The notes beneath the pieces were generated by a model. That model was not told the origin of the DNA. It worked only from the letters and a program-made list of their open reading frames with translations, and made no database searches. Positions 40,136 to 49,880 of a stretch of DNA of 61,944 nt are shown here, piece by piece; the stretch's first letter is position 1; every line of letters begins with the position of its first letter. The stretch comes from a virus (Duplodnaviria > Heunggongvirae > Uroviricota > Caudoviricetes). The DNA lies in the IMG/VR virus record IMGVR_UViG_3300031555_010392, positions 64,001 to 125,944 of that record. One strand, given 5' to 3'. A program made the position numbers and the translations under genes.

Positions 40136-41839
40136 ATGACTGATTTTGAATTGGTTGCTTACCCTGTAAAAAAGATTAAAGTTAAATTACAACTGGTTGG
40201 AGGAAGCCAATCATTTTTCCCAGGATTAAGGAAATATGTTTTATGGGATGAATACAATCAGACACTGTGGGAAGAAGTGGTTGAAAAAACATGGAAACAA
40301 TTTGGCGAACGAGAGCAAGGAGAAACTGAACTGTCTGTAATACAAGAAATGGATGGAGATGTTGTGTCTCTTTCCCAATCAATTGATGCCACGTCGGATG
40401 TTAGGCGCACAATGTCCGCTTCTATCCATCTCAATAACCCCAAATACTTTGAAGCCGCATTCAGTGCCATTTGGCTAAATCGTCTGATTCGTGTTCAGTT
40501 TGGTATTTATGATATAGACGAGGAGGATTATCGTTGGTTTCCAATAGGGGACTATATGGTTACTCTAAACGATTATATGTATAATGCACAAACTAATCAG
40601 CTAAATTTATCACTCGCTGATCTAATGGCATCTATTACGGAACATCGAGGAAATCAAATTGGGACAGAAGTCACGATTTATATGGATACTCCCATGAAAG
40701 AAGCTATTAATGGGACAATTGAGCGTTTCTTCCCTTTTACATTTAACAATGTAACAGATTTCGAAGAAGAAAAGATACCGTATGATTTGGAGTTTGAACG
40801 AGGAATTTACCCATATGATATTGTGAAAAAAATTGTAACGCTTTATCCGGGGTATGAACAATATTATACTGCAGACGGAGTTTATGCAGTACAATCAGTG
40901 CCAATGGGGATAAGCGAGGGGTTGGTTCTTGATGCAGACCAAATGGCACAGCTTGTAATTTCAGATAATGGAAGCTCAAATCCCCAAGATATCAAAAATA
41001 CAGTTGAAGTATGGGGGAGAGAACTGGATGCAGACCATACTGCTGAAACATGCGATAGTACATTGAGGGAAAAAACGTATTCTTTATATATTGACGAGTT
41101 GTTCGATGCACTGGTAGATGGTATGACCTTTTCTTTTACGCCAGATAAAACATCCCAAATTGGTCAAATGATCAAGATCCAAGATACACCCGCGTATCCA
41201 ATTGTTATAGAAAGTGGAGATGGAGATAAGGTTAATGTACAATGGGGAGATTTGAAAGAAGGTACGCAATACGTAGTGAAATACACGAATTTTACTTATG
41301 TATTGCAAGGGCCAAGTATTATTCACGCCATGTATTTCCTTTTCAGCGAGCGTCCTGACGACAAAATTATCGCAGCTTTAAAGAGTAAGTATGGCTGCCA
41401 AGACATTGGCATTATGATCCATCGTGATTCTCAATTTACTATTGATTGGATTGGTGAACGCGTATTGGTTTGTGATGGTGGAGAATATGAAGATATTTAT
41501 ACTACCAAATTGGCTTTAGAAAGAGCTTCCTATGAGACGTGGAAACGTGCTCGTGTTCAAGACACTATTCGTCTGGAAATGCTTTATGTTCCTTGGCTGG
41601 ATGTAAATCAAAAAGTAAGATACAAGTCTATTGTTACAGATGAAGAAGCAGATTATTTGGTACAAAGTATCCAGGTGAATGTTGAGACTTTTACCATGTA
41701 TGTATCGCTCACACGGTATTATCCGTACTATCCATGGTTAAGAGGAAGCACAAAATGGGAAGATTATGGAGAAACTAGCTGGAGCGAATTATCTGGTTTG
41801 TATTGGGACGAAATAATGTACCCTGTAAAAACAGAATGA
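40136..41839 (+). CDS. Tail tip/baseplate hub protein (YomG-like)
   Basis: DATSDVRRTMS, WFPIGDY and YVPWLDVN motifs; position. Confidence 0.65.
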   Translation: MTDFELVAYPVKKIKVKLQLVGGSQSFFPGLRKYVLWDEYNQTLWEEVVEKTWKQFGEREQGETELSVIQEMDGDVVSLSQSIDATSDVRRTMSASIHLNNPKYFEAAFSAIWLNRLIRVQFGIYDIDEEDYRWFPIGDYMVTLNDYMYNAQTNQLNLSLADLMASITEHRGNQIGTEVTIYMDTPMKEAINGTIERFFPFTFNNVTDFEEEKIPYDLEFERGIYPYDIVKKIVTLYPGYEQYYTADGVYAVQSVPMGISEGLVLDADQMAQLVISDNGSSNPQDIKNTVEVWGRELDADHTAETCDSTLREKTYSLYIDELFDALVDGMTFSFTPDKTSQIGQMIKIQDTPAYPIVIESGDGDKVNVQWGDLKEGTQYVVKYTNFTYVLQGPSIIHAMYFLFSERPDDKIIAALKSKYGCQDIGIMIHRDSQFTIDWIGERVLVCDGGEYEDIYTTKLALERASYETWKRARVQDTIRLEMLYVPWLDVNQKVRYKSIVTDEEADYLVQSIQVNVETFTMYVSLTRYYPYYPWLRGSTKWEDYGETSWSELSGLYWDEIMYPVKTE

Positions 41840-41854
41840 TGAGGAGGTGATGTT

Positions 41855-42469
41855 GTGCCTACAATTTCAGGAATTCTGGGAATGACGTTGCCAGAATCAT
41901 TTGATAAAGTTGACGTCAGCGTTCTAAGTAATAACTTCAACTTGATTGATTTAGCATTTGGCCAGAGGATTACTTTGGAGCAGATAGCAAATAATTTAGA
42001 AACAGAAAAAGAGGGAATGGTACTTGACGCTAGGCAAGGTAAGGCATTGTCTGATACGCTTGTATCCGTTGCAAAAGCAATCGATGAAACAAAAGTTAGC
42101 AAAACTGACATTGTAAATGACTTAAAAACTGATGACGGCACAAAGCCATTAAGCGCCGCTCAAGGTGTTGAATTAAACCGCACAAAAGCGTTTGGATTTA
42201 GCGCGTCTGTGCTATTACCAACTGAAGGTTGGACAGGAGATGGCCCGTATACCCGCGACATTGAACTGGCTGGTGTTTCTGAAAATAAAGACATTTGTCA
42301 TGTGGTGATGTCATTTGATCCAGCCTACGAGGAACCTTTTACGGATAGTGGAGTTGTTTTGGTCGCACAGAAGCAGGATGCATTGACTTTCAAGGTTGAG
42401 TTTATCCCGGAAGAAGCATTCCCCGTTAATGTTCTGGTAATGTTCACCGGTCAGGAGGTGGGCGGATGA
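41855..42469 (+). CDS. Tail fibre-associated protein
   Basis: NNFNLID, IVNDLKT...PLSAAQG and WTGDGPYT motifs. Confidence 0.55.
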   Translation: MPTISGILGMTLPESFDKVDVSVLSNNFNLIDLAFGQRITLEQIANNLETEKEGMVLDARQGKALSDTLVSVAKAIDETKVSKTDIVNDLKTDDGTKPLSAAQGVELNRTKAFGFSASVLLPTEGWTGDGPYTRDIELAGVSENKDICHVVMSFDPAYEEPFTDSGVVLVAQKQDALTFKVEFIPEEAFPVNVLVMFTGQEVGG

Positions 42470-43254
42470 TTTTTAACCTGATGGGTGGAACGGTTGGTGC
42501 AGTCAGGACAATACATGCAAACAGTGCTGAAACGCTTCCGACGAGCGTGGCGGAAGGAACGCTTGCAATTATCAGCCAAACGCGACCCGGCAAGGTGCTG
42601 GTTCAGAACACAGAGCCCACAGCACCTGCTTCTGGTGATGTATGGATCAGCACGGATGTGTCCAGCTCAGCACCGATCCAGACGGGGAACATCACGATTT
42701 ACCCGTCATCTGCAAAACAGTATGTAGCAGTTGCGTGGGTTACGGTGACAGCATATGTATTCAGCGGTGGTGCGTGGATTCCGCTTGAAACGTATTTGTT
42801 CAAAAACGGCGATCTATATGAGAGCATTACTGGCGGATGGGTAAGGATGTGGAGAGACAGAGAATGTGCAGAAATCACAGATACTGCGCTTGTAGCTGAC
42901 GCCAGTTATCAGTATCGTCGTGCAGCGTTTCGCACCAAAAACGCTGTTGATTTGACCTCATATAAAACGTTGAGAGCTGTATTTACTCCTATCACTAAGA
43001 CGTATGGCGGCGAATATTGTGTCGCACTCGGTGTAAATAACACGGCTTTGGCAGAGGGAGAGCAGACCAATAGCAACGCACCGGGATTGACAAACCCCAA
43101 CCACTGTATGACTGGGTATACGCAAACGACAATCAATCACACCGATCAATTCACGTTGGATTATGACATTTCAGATGTAATTGGCGAACAATACGTAACA
43201 ATCTATTTCCATACGCTCGACAGTTCATGCATCGAAGTACAGTTGCTTTCGTGA
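42466..43254 (+). CDS. Tail fibre/receptor-binding-like protein
   Basis: PTAPASGDVWI motif and a beta-rich C-terminal domain. Confidence 0.5.
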   Translation: MIFNLMGGTVGAVRTIHANSAETLPTSVAEGTLAIISQTRPGKVLVQNTEPTAPASGDVWISTDVSSSAPIQTGNITIYPSSAKQYVAVAWVTVTAYVFSGGAWIPLETYLFKNGDLYESITGGWVRMWRDRECAEITDTALVADASYQYRRAAFRTKNAVDLTSYKTLRAVFTPITKTYGGEYCVALGVNNTALAEGEQTNSNAPGLTNPNHCMTGYTQTTINHTDQFTLDYDISDVIGEQYVTIYFHTLDSSCIEVQLLS

Positions 43255-43269
43255 GGAGGGGTGTGACCG

Positions 43270-43575
43270 ATGATCTATTATCTTGACACAGATTATCGCC
43301 TGCATGTCGAGCAGGACGGGACACGCAAAGCGTGGGACGATGAAACTGGAATCTTTGACGGAAAGTGCAAAACTTACATTGAAGGCTTCCGTGTGATTCC
43401 AGAGGGTGAAAGCTGGAAACGCAACGACGGGACGGTATTCAAGGGCTTTATGATTTCTCATGTGGTGGACGCATCCATCTTGCATGCTGCGCAGGCTGAT
43501 GTTGAGGCAGCATACGCCGAAATGGAAGACATGCGATCCGCGCTGGAACTGTTGGGGGTGACTCCTATTGAGTAA
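43270..43575 (+). CDS. Small tail-fibre-associated protein
   Basis: YIEGFRVIPEGESW..DG.VFKGFMI pattern. Confidence 0.5.
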   Translation: MIYYLDTDYRLHVEQDGTRKAWDDETGIFDGKCKTYIEGFRVIPEGESWKRNDGTVFKGFMISHVVDASILHAAQADVEAAYAEMEDMRSALELLGVTPIE

Positions 43576-43978
43576 GTGGCATAACGGTGCGCTGCCGATT
43601 AGAAACGCAATGGATGAAGCGGGTAAAATGCTAACAGATGAGCAGGCAATGTTTATCCCTGTATTATATAGATCTTGGGAAAGCGATATCAATTACACAG
43701 TTGATGATCGCAGACTGTATAAAGGCGTGTTGTATAAATGTCTACAGCCGCATATAGCACAAGCTAACTGGAATCCTGCGGATACCCCTTCTTTATGGGC
43801 AAAAATGTTAACCAGCGAGACAGGAGAAATTCTGCCATGGGAGCAGCCGGACAGCACCAATGGATATAAATTAGGTGATAAAGTGACTCATAATGGAGAA
43901 ACGTGGGAATGCACAGGTGTTGATGCTGGCGGCAATAATATCTGGGAGCCTGGAGTGTATGGGTGGACGGTTATATAA
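43568..43978 (+). CDS. Protein with CBM5/12-like carbohydrate-binding motifs
   Basis: YTVDDRRLYKGVLYKCLQPH...WNP and YKLGDKVTHNGETW...WEPGVYGW. Confidence 0.65.
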   Translation: MSKWHNGALPIRNAMDEAGKMLTDEQAMFIPVLYRSWESDINYTVDDRRLYKGVLYKCLQPHIAQANWNPADTPSLWAKMLTSETGEILPWEQPDSTNGYKLGDKVTHNGETWECTGVDAGGNNIWEPGVYGWTVI

Positions 43979-44006
43979 CCTTATAAATCATTTATTAACA
44001 ATAATG

Positions 44007-44030
44007 AAAGGCCTAAACGGGTCTTTTTTA
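44007..44030 (+). terminator. Terminator-like hairpin
   Basis: AAAGGCCT/GGGTCTTT followed by TTT. Confidence 0.5.
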
Positions 44031-44062
44031 TTGTAATAAAACCAGAAAGGAGGTGACGGATA

Positions 44063-44803
44063 TTGCAACACTTGGTTAATGTTTTCTTTGGAGAAGCTGG
44101 GCAAAAAGGGACTTTTACTGTTCAGCAGGGCGAATACAACAGCCGTGAAATTATTTGTGCTCTCTGGCAAAAGATGCCGGGTGGTGGTCAGTTACCAATG
44201 CGTACAGACGAAATTACGGTAATGGTTGTGTTTAAACACGGTACAGTAACCACGCCTCCTTATGCTACAACAATTATTGGAGATAATGAGATTTCGTTTG
44301 TTTTGCCACAATCTGTGATGGCTGCTGCTGGTAAGGCTGAGATGCAGCTTAATGTTTATGGAGACGACAGTCTTCTTAACAGCGCAATTGTGCCATTTAA
44401 GGTTTTAGCATCAATTACTCCTGCAACTGTGGGTCAGCCTGATGTTGAACCTGGATTGCTTGGGATTTTACAGCAGGTGCGTACAGTTTTAAATAAGGCT
44501 GAGCGTGCTGAAAAGGCGCGTGAAGAAGCAGAACGAGATCGAGCGAAAACATTTGAAGAGTGGAAGAAAATCATTGAAGACCTAGGTGAAGGGACTGCCT
44601 CAGTATTTAATGCTGAAACGAGGTACGATTTCCCTTCTGTCGGGTCGCCTAATGTTATTTATAAAGCTGAGAGTGAGCGAAAAATTTATCAATGGAATAG
44701 CGATGAGCTTAAATACGAAGCTTTGAATTCTGCAGAAACGACAGAAGAGCTGAATATTAAGGTCATCTATGGAGGTGATGCAAGTGGAACAGTTGGTAAC
44801 TAG
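44063..44803 (+). CDS. BppU-like baseplate upper protein
   Basis: FTVQQGEYNSREI...GKAEMQLNVY N-terminal domain followed by a coiled coil. Confidence 0.6.
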   Translation: MQHLVNVFFGEAGQKGTFTVQQGEYNSREIICALWQKMPGGGQLPMRTDEITVMVVFKHGTVTTPPYATTIIGDNEISFVLPQSVMAAAGKAEMQLNVYGDDSLLNSAIVPFKVLASITPATVGQPDVEPGLLGILQQVRTVLNKAERAEKAREEAERDRAKTFEEWKKIIEDLGEGTASVFNAETRYDFPSVGSPNVIYKAESERKIYQWNSDELKYEALNSAETTEELNIKVIYGGDASGTVGN

Positions 44804-46049
44804 ATTTATACTCAGAAATGACGCGACCGTAAACTGGGCCGCAAACGTCGATAAGGTTCTCCTTAAGGGTGAGCCTGCGTTTGAATTCCTTGCAGATGGC
44901 ACAGTCAAGATGAAAGTTGGCGATGGTGTTAGCACCTGGGGGGAACTGCCTTATTTTGCTGGTGGGGAAAGCTACAGTGTTGAAGAGCTTGAAGCCGCTG
45001 TAAAGAAAGCGGAGCAGGATATTGCTACCCTGCAGGCGGTTGTAACTCCTGCAGAGGGCGTACCGCTTCTGACTCGACTGGAGTTTTTGGAGAATAAGGT
45101 CGGTGTAGAAGATGATACAACAATCGACGCCCAGATTGATGCCAAGATTAATGAGTTTGCAGCTCGTGTGTCTGATGATGGCACGATCAACACTATCAAA
45201 GAATTGATTGATTATGTAGCTGAGCATGGGGCAGAGTTTGCCAATGTTACTGCTGATGTAAAGTCTCTGAGAGATCTTATTGGCACTACGCCTGTTTCTG
45301 AACAGGTTATGGCTGCTATCAATGGCAGCGAAAGCAAGGCTAAGGCCCTGTTCGAGCATATGAAGTACGAAGTGACCAGCAAACCTGCGGGAGCACTTGT
45401 AAGCTATCGTGATCATGAAATTCGCGTGATGTGCCCTGCAGATACTGCGTGGGAACATCAGCAAGTTGGTGGTACTGGTAACGCCAACTTGTATTACATG
45501 GGCTTTAAGGCGTATGCTCCTGATGGCGCTGTGAGTTTCAAGGAAGATACTGCTGAAATTATCACGGACGAAACCATGTACCTGTTTGAAAACAATGATT
45601 TTGCTGGCGTTGACGCCTATGGTCGCAAGTATAGCATTGTGTGGCTGCCTCTCGCGTCCTATGATGAGACAGCTCAGACGTGGACATATTATGGCACCAA
45701 GTCTAGTAAAGAGCGCTATATTGGCTGGTATTACTCCGTGGAGTGGTACGATGCCAATGGTGTGATGATTGATTCTGATATGATTCGTATCAATCTGAGC
45801 AACGAAGAGTGCCACAATGCAGTTGAGCCTTATTACATGGGCAATGTGGTCAAGGAAGTCAGCGTTAATGGTGTAACGCTTGCGAAGGAAAACGGCAAGG
45901 TCAACATTGAAACTGACGATATGCTCAAGTCTTCTGAGGAAGTAATCGTTAACGAGGACGGCACTCTTGCGCTTGGTACGATTTCTCTTGCCAAGATCGC
46001 AACTAACGATGGCACTACGCTGGTACTCAATGGCGGTAACGCTGGTTAA
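44769..46049 (+). CDS. Tail fibre with Mtd-N/hyaluronidase-type N-terminus
   Basis: LRND...W....VLLKGE...MKVGDGV..W.ELPY. Confidence 0.65.
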   Translation: MEVMQVEQLVTRFILRNDATVNWAANVDKVLLKGEPAFEFLADGTVKMKVGDGVSTWGELPYFAGGESYSVEELEAAVKKAEQDIATLQAVVTPAEGVPLLTRLEFLENKVGVEDDTTIDAQIDAKINEFAARVSDDGTINTIKELIDYVAEHGAEFANVTADVKSLRDLIGTTPVSEQVMAAINGSESKAKALFEHMKYEVTSKPAGALVSYRDHEIRVMCPADTAWEHQQVGGTGNANLYYMGFKAYAPDGAVSFKEDTAEIITDETMYLFENNDFAGVDAYGRKYSIVWLPLASYDETAQTWTYYGTKSSKERYIGWYYSVEWYDANGVMIDSDMIRINLSNEECHNAVEPYYMGNVVKEVSVNGVTLAKENGKVNIETDDMLKSSEEVIVNEDGTLALGTISLAKIATNDGTTLVLNGGNAG

Positions 46050-46122
46050 TAAAACTAAATTACTTTGTCTGAAGCGGCTTAAAAGCCGTTTTTGTTTATT
46101 TATGAAAGGAAGTGCTTAAATT

Positions 46123-47778
46123 ATGGCTACTACTACTTTTAATAATATTCGTCTTCAGCTCAAGTATGATTCTTATGCCAATTGGCTTAACAGCTCTCTA
46201 ATCCTGAATCCTGGTGAAATTGGTATTTGCACTATTCCTGCTGAGACTAATGCTATTCGTCAGGAGCCTGCTGTTATTATCAAGGTTGGTGACGGTGAGC
46301 ATCTGTATAAGGATCTGCCGGTTTTGAGTGCAAAATCAGGAGATGTGGCATCCTGGGCCCTGGCCGAGAACAAGCCTGCTTACGAAGCTAAGGAAATCAC
46401 TGGTATTGACGCCTACATCGCTGGTTATGTTAATGAGCAGATGGGCATCTCTGTTGACACTGACACCCAGTACCAGATTGTGACCGTTGACGCTTACACC
46501 TGCAAGCTTCAGTCCAAGGGTAAGACCGATGAAGCTTGGGCCGATGTGTCTACTATCACCATGCCCAATGACACTGCTGCTATCGACGCTCTGAAGGCCC
46601 TTGTTGGTACCGAGAATGTTGCTAAGCAGATTGGTGATGCTATCACTGCCCTGGATCTGGCCAACACTTATGCCGCAAAGTCTCATACCCATGAGATGGG
46701 CGAGGTGAACGGTCTGACCGAGGCTCTGGCTGGCAAGCAGGCTGCTGGCGATTATGCCACCAAGGCCGAGGCTCAGGGCTATGCCGATGCCAAGGACGAA
46801 GCTATTGCTGCCGCTAAGAAGGCTGGCGACGATGCTCAGGGTGCCGTTGACGCTCTGGCTGGAAAGGTTGGCGAAGTGCCTGCCGACAAGACTGTTGTGC
46901 AGATGATCAACGAGGCCCAGACCGCTGCTACTTATGACGACACTCAGGTGAAGGCTGACATCAAGGCCAACGCTGATGCCATTGACGCCATTGAGGAAGA
47001 CTACCTGAAGAATACCGATAAGGAAGAGCTGCAGGGCGCTATCAACACCGAAAAGGGTCGTGTTGACACCCTGGTTGGCAACGACGCTAACAAATCCGTG
47101 CGTACTATTGCAGCCGAAGAGCTGGCTGCTCAGTTGATCGCTGAAAACGCTCAGGAAGCGCTGGACACTTTGGGCGAGATTGCCGCTTGGATTCAGGCGC
47201 ATCCCGGCGATGCCGCCGCCATGAACAGGGCCATCGATGACCTTGAAGCTCTGGTTGGCACTCTGCCTGAAGGCGCTACCGCCACTACCGTTGTGGACTA
47301 TGTGAATGAAATGATTGCTGGCCTGAAGATTGGTGATTATGCCAAGGCTGCTGATCTGACTGCCGCAGTTGGCCGCATTGCTGCTCTGGAAGCCAATGTC
47401 GATAAGTGGAATGCCGCTGAACAGAATGCCAAGGACTATGCTGATGGTCTGAATACCACCATGGATGGTCGTGTGCAGGCTGTTGAGGGCAAGGCCCACG
47501 AGCACGCCAACAAAGAACTGCTTGATACTTACACTCAGACTGAAACCAACCTTGCTGACGCTGTTGCTAAGAAGCATGAACACGAGAATGCTGGCGTTCT
47601 GAATGGCATTACTGCCGAGAAGGTAGCCGCTTGGGATGCCGCTGAACAGAATGCCAAAGATTACACTGATGAGCTGGAAGGCGAGCTTTCTGCCGTTGCG
47701 AAGAGCGGCAATGTTAATGATCTGATTCAGACCACTGGTGACGTCCTTATCCTTGACTGCGGAAACTCTGAGGCATAA
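46123..47778 (+). CDS. Long helical tail fibre with Mtd-N-type N-terminus
   Basis: LILNPGEIGI...IKVGDG..LY.DLP; internal repeats AAEQNAKDY and HEH.NK. Confidence 0.65.
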   Translation: MATTTFNNIRLQLKYDSYANWLNSSLILNPGEIGICTIPAETNAIRQEPAVIIKVGDGEHLYKDLPVLSAKSGDVASWALAENKPAYEAKEITGIDAYIAGYVNEQMGISVDTDTQYQIVTVDAYTCKLQSKGKTDEAWADVSTITMPNDTAAIDALKALVGTENVAKQIGDAITALDLANTYAAKSHTHEMGEVNGLTEALAGKQAAGDYATKAEAQGYADAKDEAIAAAKKAGDDAQGAVDALAGKVGEVPADKTVVQMINEAQTAATYDDTQVKADIKANADAIDAIEEDYLKNTDKEELQGAINTEKGRVDTLVGNDANKSVRTIAAEELAAQLIAENAQEALDTLGEIAAWIQAHPGDAAAMNRAIDDLEALVGTLPEGATATTVVDYVNEMIAGLKIGDYAKAADLTAAVGRIAALEANVDKWNAAEQNAKDYADGLNTTMDGRVQAVEGKAHEHANKELLDTYTQTETNLADAVAKKHEHENAGVLNGITAEKVAAWDAAEQNAKDYTDELEGELSAVAKSGNVNDLIQTTGDVLILDCGNSEA

Positions 47779-47807
47779 ACAAACTAATTAAACAGACGAT
47801 TACACAC

Positions 47808-47838
47808 GGGGTGATGGGTTAATTCCATCACCCCTTTA
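47808..47838 (+). terminator. Terminator-like hairpin
   Basis: GGGGTGATGG/CCATCACCCC followed by TTT. Confidence 0.55.
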
Positions 47839-47924
47839 ACTTTGCAAATAACGGGGCGGTTGAAATGGATACCGCCTCGCCCTCTTACGATTTGAAAATG
47901 AAAATTGGATTGGAGGAAATATAG

Positions 47925-48839
47925 ATGACTGAGAAAAGATTTCGCTCACGAGTAATCAATAAACACGATATAGAAGCAAATTGGAAGCTTGCGGTTAATT
48001 TTAAGCCGCTAATTGGAGAATGGATTGTGTATGATCCAGATGAAAACTATGATTACGCCCGATTTAAAATGGGCGATGGTGAGACATTTGTAAATGATTT
48101 GCCGTTTTGTAATGACGTAATTACTGAAGAGGATGTAGACCTGATGGTTGGTTATCCTGTTGGTAATTTGCCTGAGAACGATCAGGAATCCATCGTGCAG
48201 CAGGTCATTGCTGCGCTTGGTACGCCTGTGTTTGGTCGTGTGGAGGATGACAAGGATATCATCCTGACGGCAACTAATCTTGCTGCAGGGACGTATACCT
48301 ACTATTTCGAGGATGCAAACGGAGAGCGGAGACTCATTGGTACTGATGCCGTCGCAGAAGAGCCGAAGTACACCAACGTTATCCCGTTGTCCATCGCGGC
48401 AGATGGAACGCAGTTTGTGGGAGCAAATGGCGAAGACGGCTATAAAACAGGTACGCGCATAAATTCTTCGGGTGTCGAAGTAAGCGCAAATACGATTGTC
48501 ACGGGCTATATCCCTGCAACTGTAGCTGATAAGTTCTATTTTTACGATATTGATCTTTCTGCCGATTCCAATAAATACCACAAGATTGCTATATACGATG
48601 AAAATTTCACTTTTCTAAGTGGTTGGGATGTGATGAGCATGTATAACGCCAAAGATAGTGAACAAGTCATTGCGGAGGGTGTTTCTTTTGATGAAAATGG
48701 AATACTTGCCACATACAGTCCGCTGGCGTTTAGATATGCTGTCGGTTCAACTGTTGTGAATAAAACTGCTTATATTCGCGTGTGCGCGGGAACTATTAAC
48801 GAAAACTCTGTTATCACCAAAAATGAGCCGATTGTGTAA
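47925..48839 (+). CDS. Tail-associated protein with Mtd-N-type N-terminus
   Basis: KHDIEANW...GEWIVYD...FKMGDG..FVNDLPF. Confidence 0.6.
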   Translation: MTEKRFRSRVINKHDIEANWKLAVNFKPLIGEWIVYDPDENYDYARFKMGDGETFVNDLPFCNDVITEEDVDLMVGYPVGNLPENDQESIVQQVIAALGTPVFGRVEDDKDIILTATNLAAGTYTYYFEDANGERRLIGTDAVAEEPKYTNVIPLSIAADGTQFVGANGEDGYKTGTRINSSGVEVSANTIVTGYIPATVADKFYFYDIDLSADSNKYHKIAIYDENFTFLSGWDVMSMYNAKDSEQVIAEGVSFDENGILATYSPLAFRYAVGSTVVNKTAYIRVCAGTINENSVITKNEPIV

Positions 48840-48851
48840 GGTGGTGAAGTT

Positions 48852-49856
48852 ATGTCGTACAAACATTTTATACCACAAAATGTCGCGCCATTGGGAGTAA
48901 GACGTATCGGCATCTATAACGCACAGGGAAACCGAGTAGGGCAAATCCCGCTCGGCTCCCTTACACCACCGAATCCGCACAAAAAGCTGTACAGTTTCGG
49001 TGCTCTGTCTGATGTGCATGTTGTGTACGTTACGGCGGCTACGGATTTTGAAAGAGCGTTGGATTATATGAACGAAAACGAGGACGTGGCTTTTACCTGC
49101 ATTGCTGGCGATCTTACAGATGACGGAACGGCTGCACAGCTTGCCCAGTATAAAGCGGTTGTTGATGCTCATTCGCCTGATACGCCTGTATACGCCATTG
49201 CGGGAAACCATGAAAAGTATTCTGAACAACCGACGTTAATTCAACAGTACACAGGACAGCCCTTGTATTACAGTTTCGCGCATGGCGATGACGTGTTCCT
49301 GATGTGCGGATGCTATTCGTGGTCAAACGATGGTGTGTTCACAAAAGGCTATCTGCAATGGATTTACGAAACGCTTGAAGCCAACAGGAACAAGCGGTGC
49401 TTTATCTTTGAGCATGTGTTCCCTTGGGGTGACAGCGGAAATCCGGGCGAACTGTATCACTTCGATATGTTCACCGGAACGAAGGGGAGTGTATTTCAAT
49501 CGCTTCTCCGACACTATAAGAACACGGTGTTGTTTCACGGACATTCTCACACAAAGTTCGAGCTGCAAAGCGTGGATGATAAGGCGAATTACAGTGATGC
49601 ACTTGATTATCGGTCTGTACATATTCCGAGCCTTGCTGTTCCTCGCGATATTGGCGATGGCGAACTTGCGAATATCTACTCTGAATCCGAGGGCTATGTC
49701 GTAGATGTGTACAAAGACGGTATCCATCTTCGCGGCAGGGACTTTGTGAAGGGAGAGTTTCTCCCGATTGCGTCTTACTGGATTGATACCACGTTGCAGA
49801 CCGTTGAGGCAGGAACCTACACCGATCCCACAGGGGTCATCATGACACAACCCTAA
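48852..49856 (+). CDS. Calcineurin-like metallophosphoesterase
   Basis: LSDVH, AGDLTD, GNHE and FHGHSH. Confidence 0.85.
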   Translation: MSYKHFIPQNVAPLGVRRIGIYNAQGNRVGQIPLGSLTPPNPHKKLYSFGALSDVHVVYVTAATDFERALDYMNENEDVAFTCIAGDLTDDGTAAQLAQYKAVVDAHSPDTPVYAIAGNHEKYSEQPTLIQQYTGQPLYYSFAHGDDVFLMCGCYSWSNDGVFTKGYLQWIYETLEANRNKRCFIFEHVFPWGDSGNPGELYHFDMFTGTKGSVFQSLLRHYKNTVLFHGHSHTKFELQSVDDKANYSDALDYRSVHIPSLAVPRDIGDGELANIYSESEGYVVDVYKDGIHLRGRDFVKGEFLPIASYWIDTTLQTVEAGTYTDPTGVIMTQP

Positions 49857-49880
49857 ATTGAAGAAAGGCGAGTGAAATAA

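Noticed and set aside
42466-43978. Diversity-generating retroelement target module
   Set aside because: The gene context resembles DGR-bearing fibres, but I found no reverse transcriptase, Avd or TR/VR repeat pair in the window.
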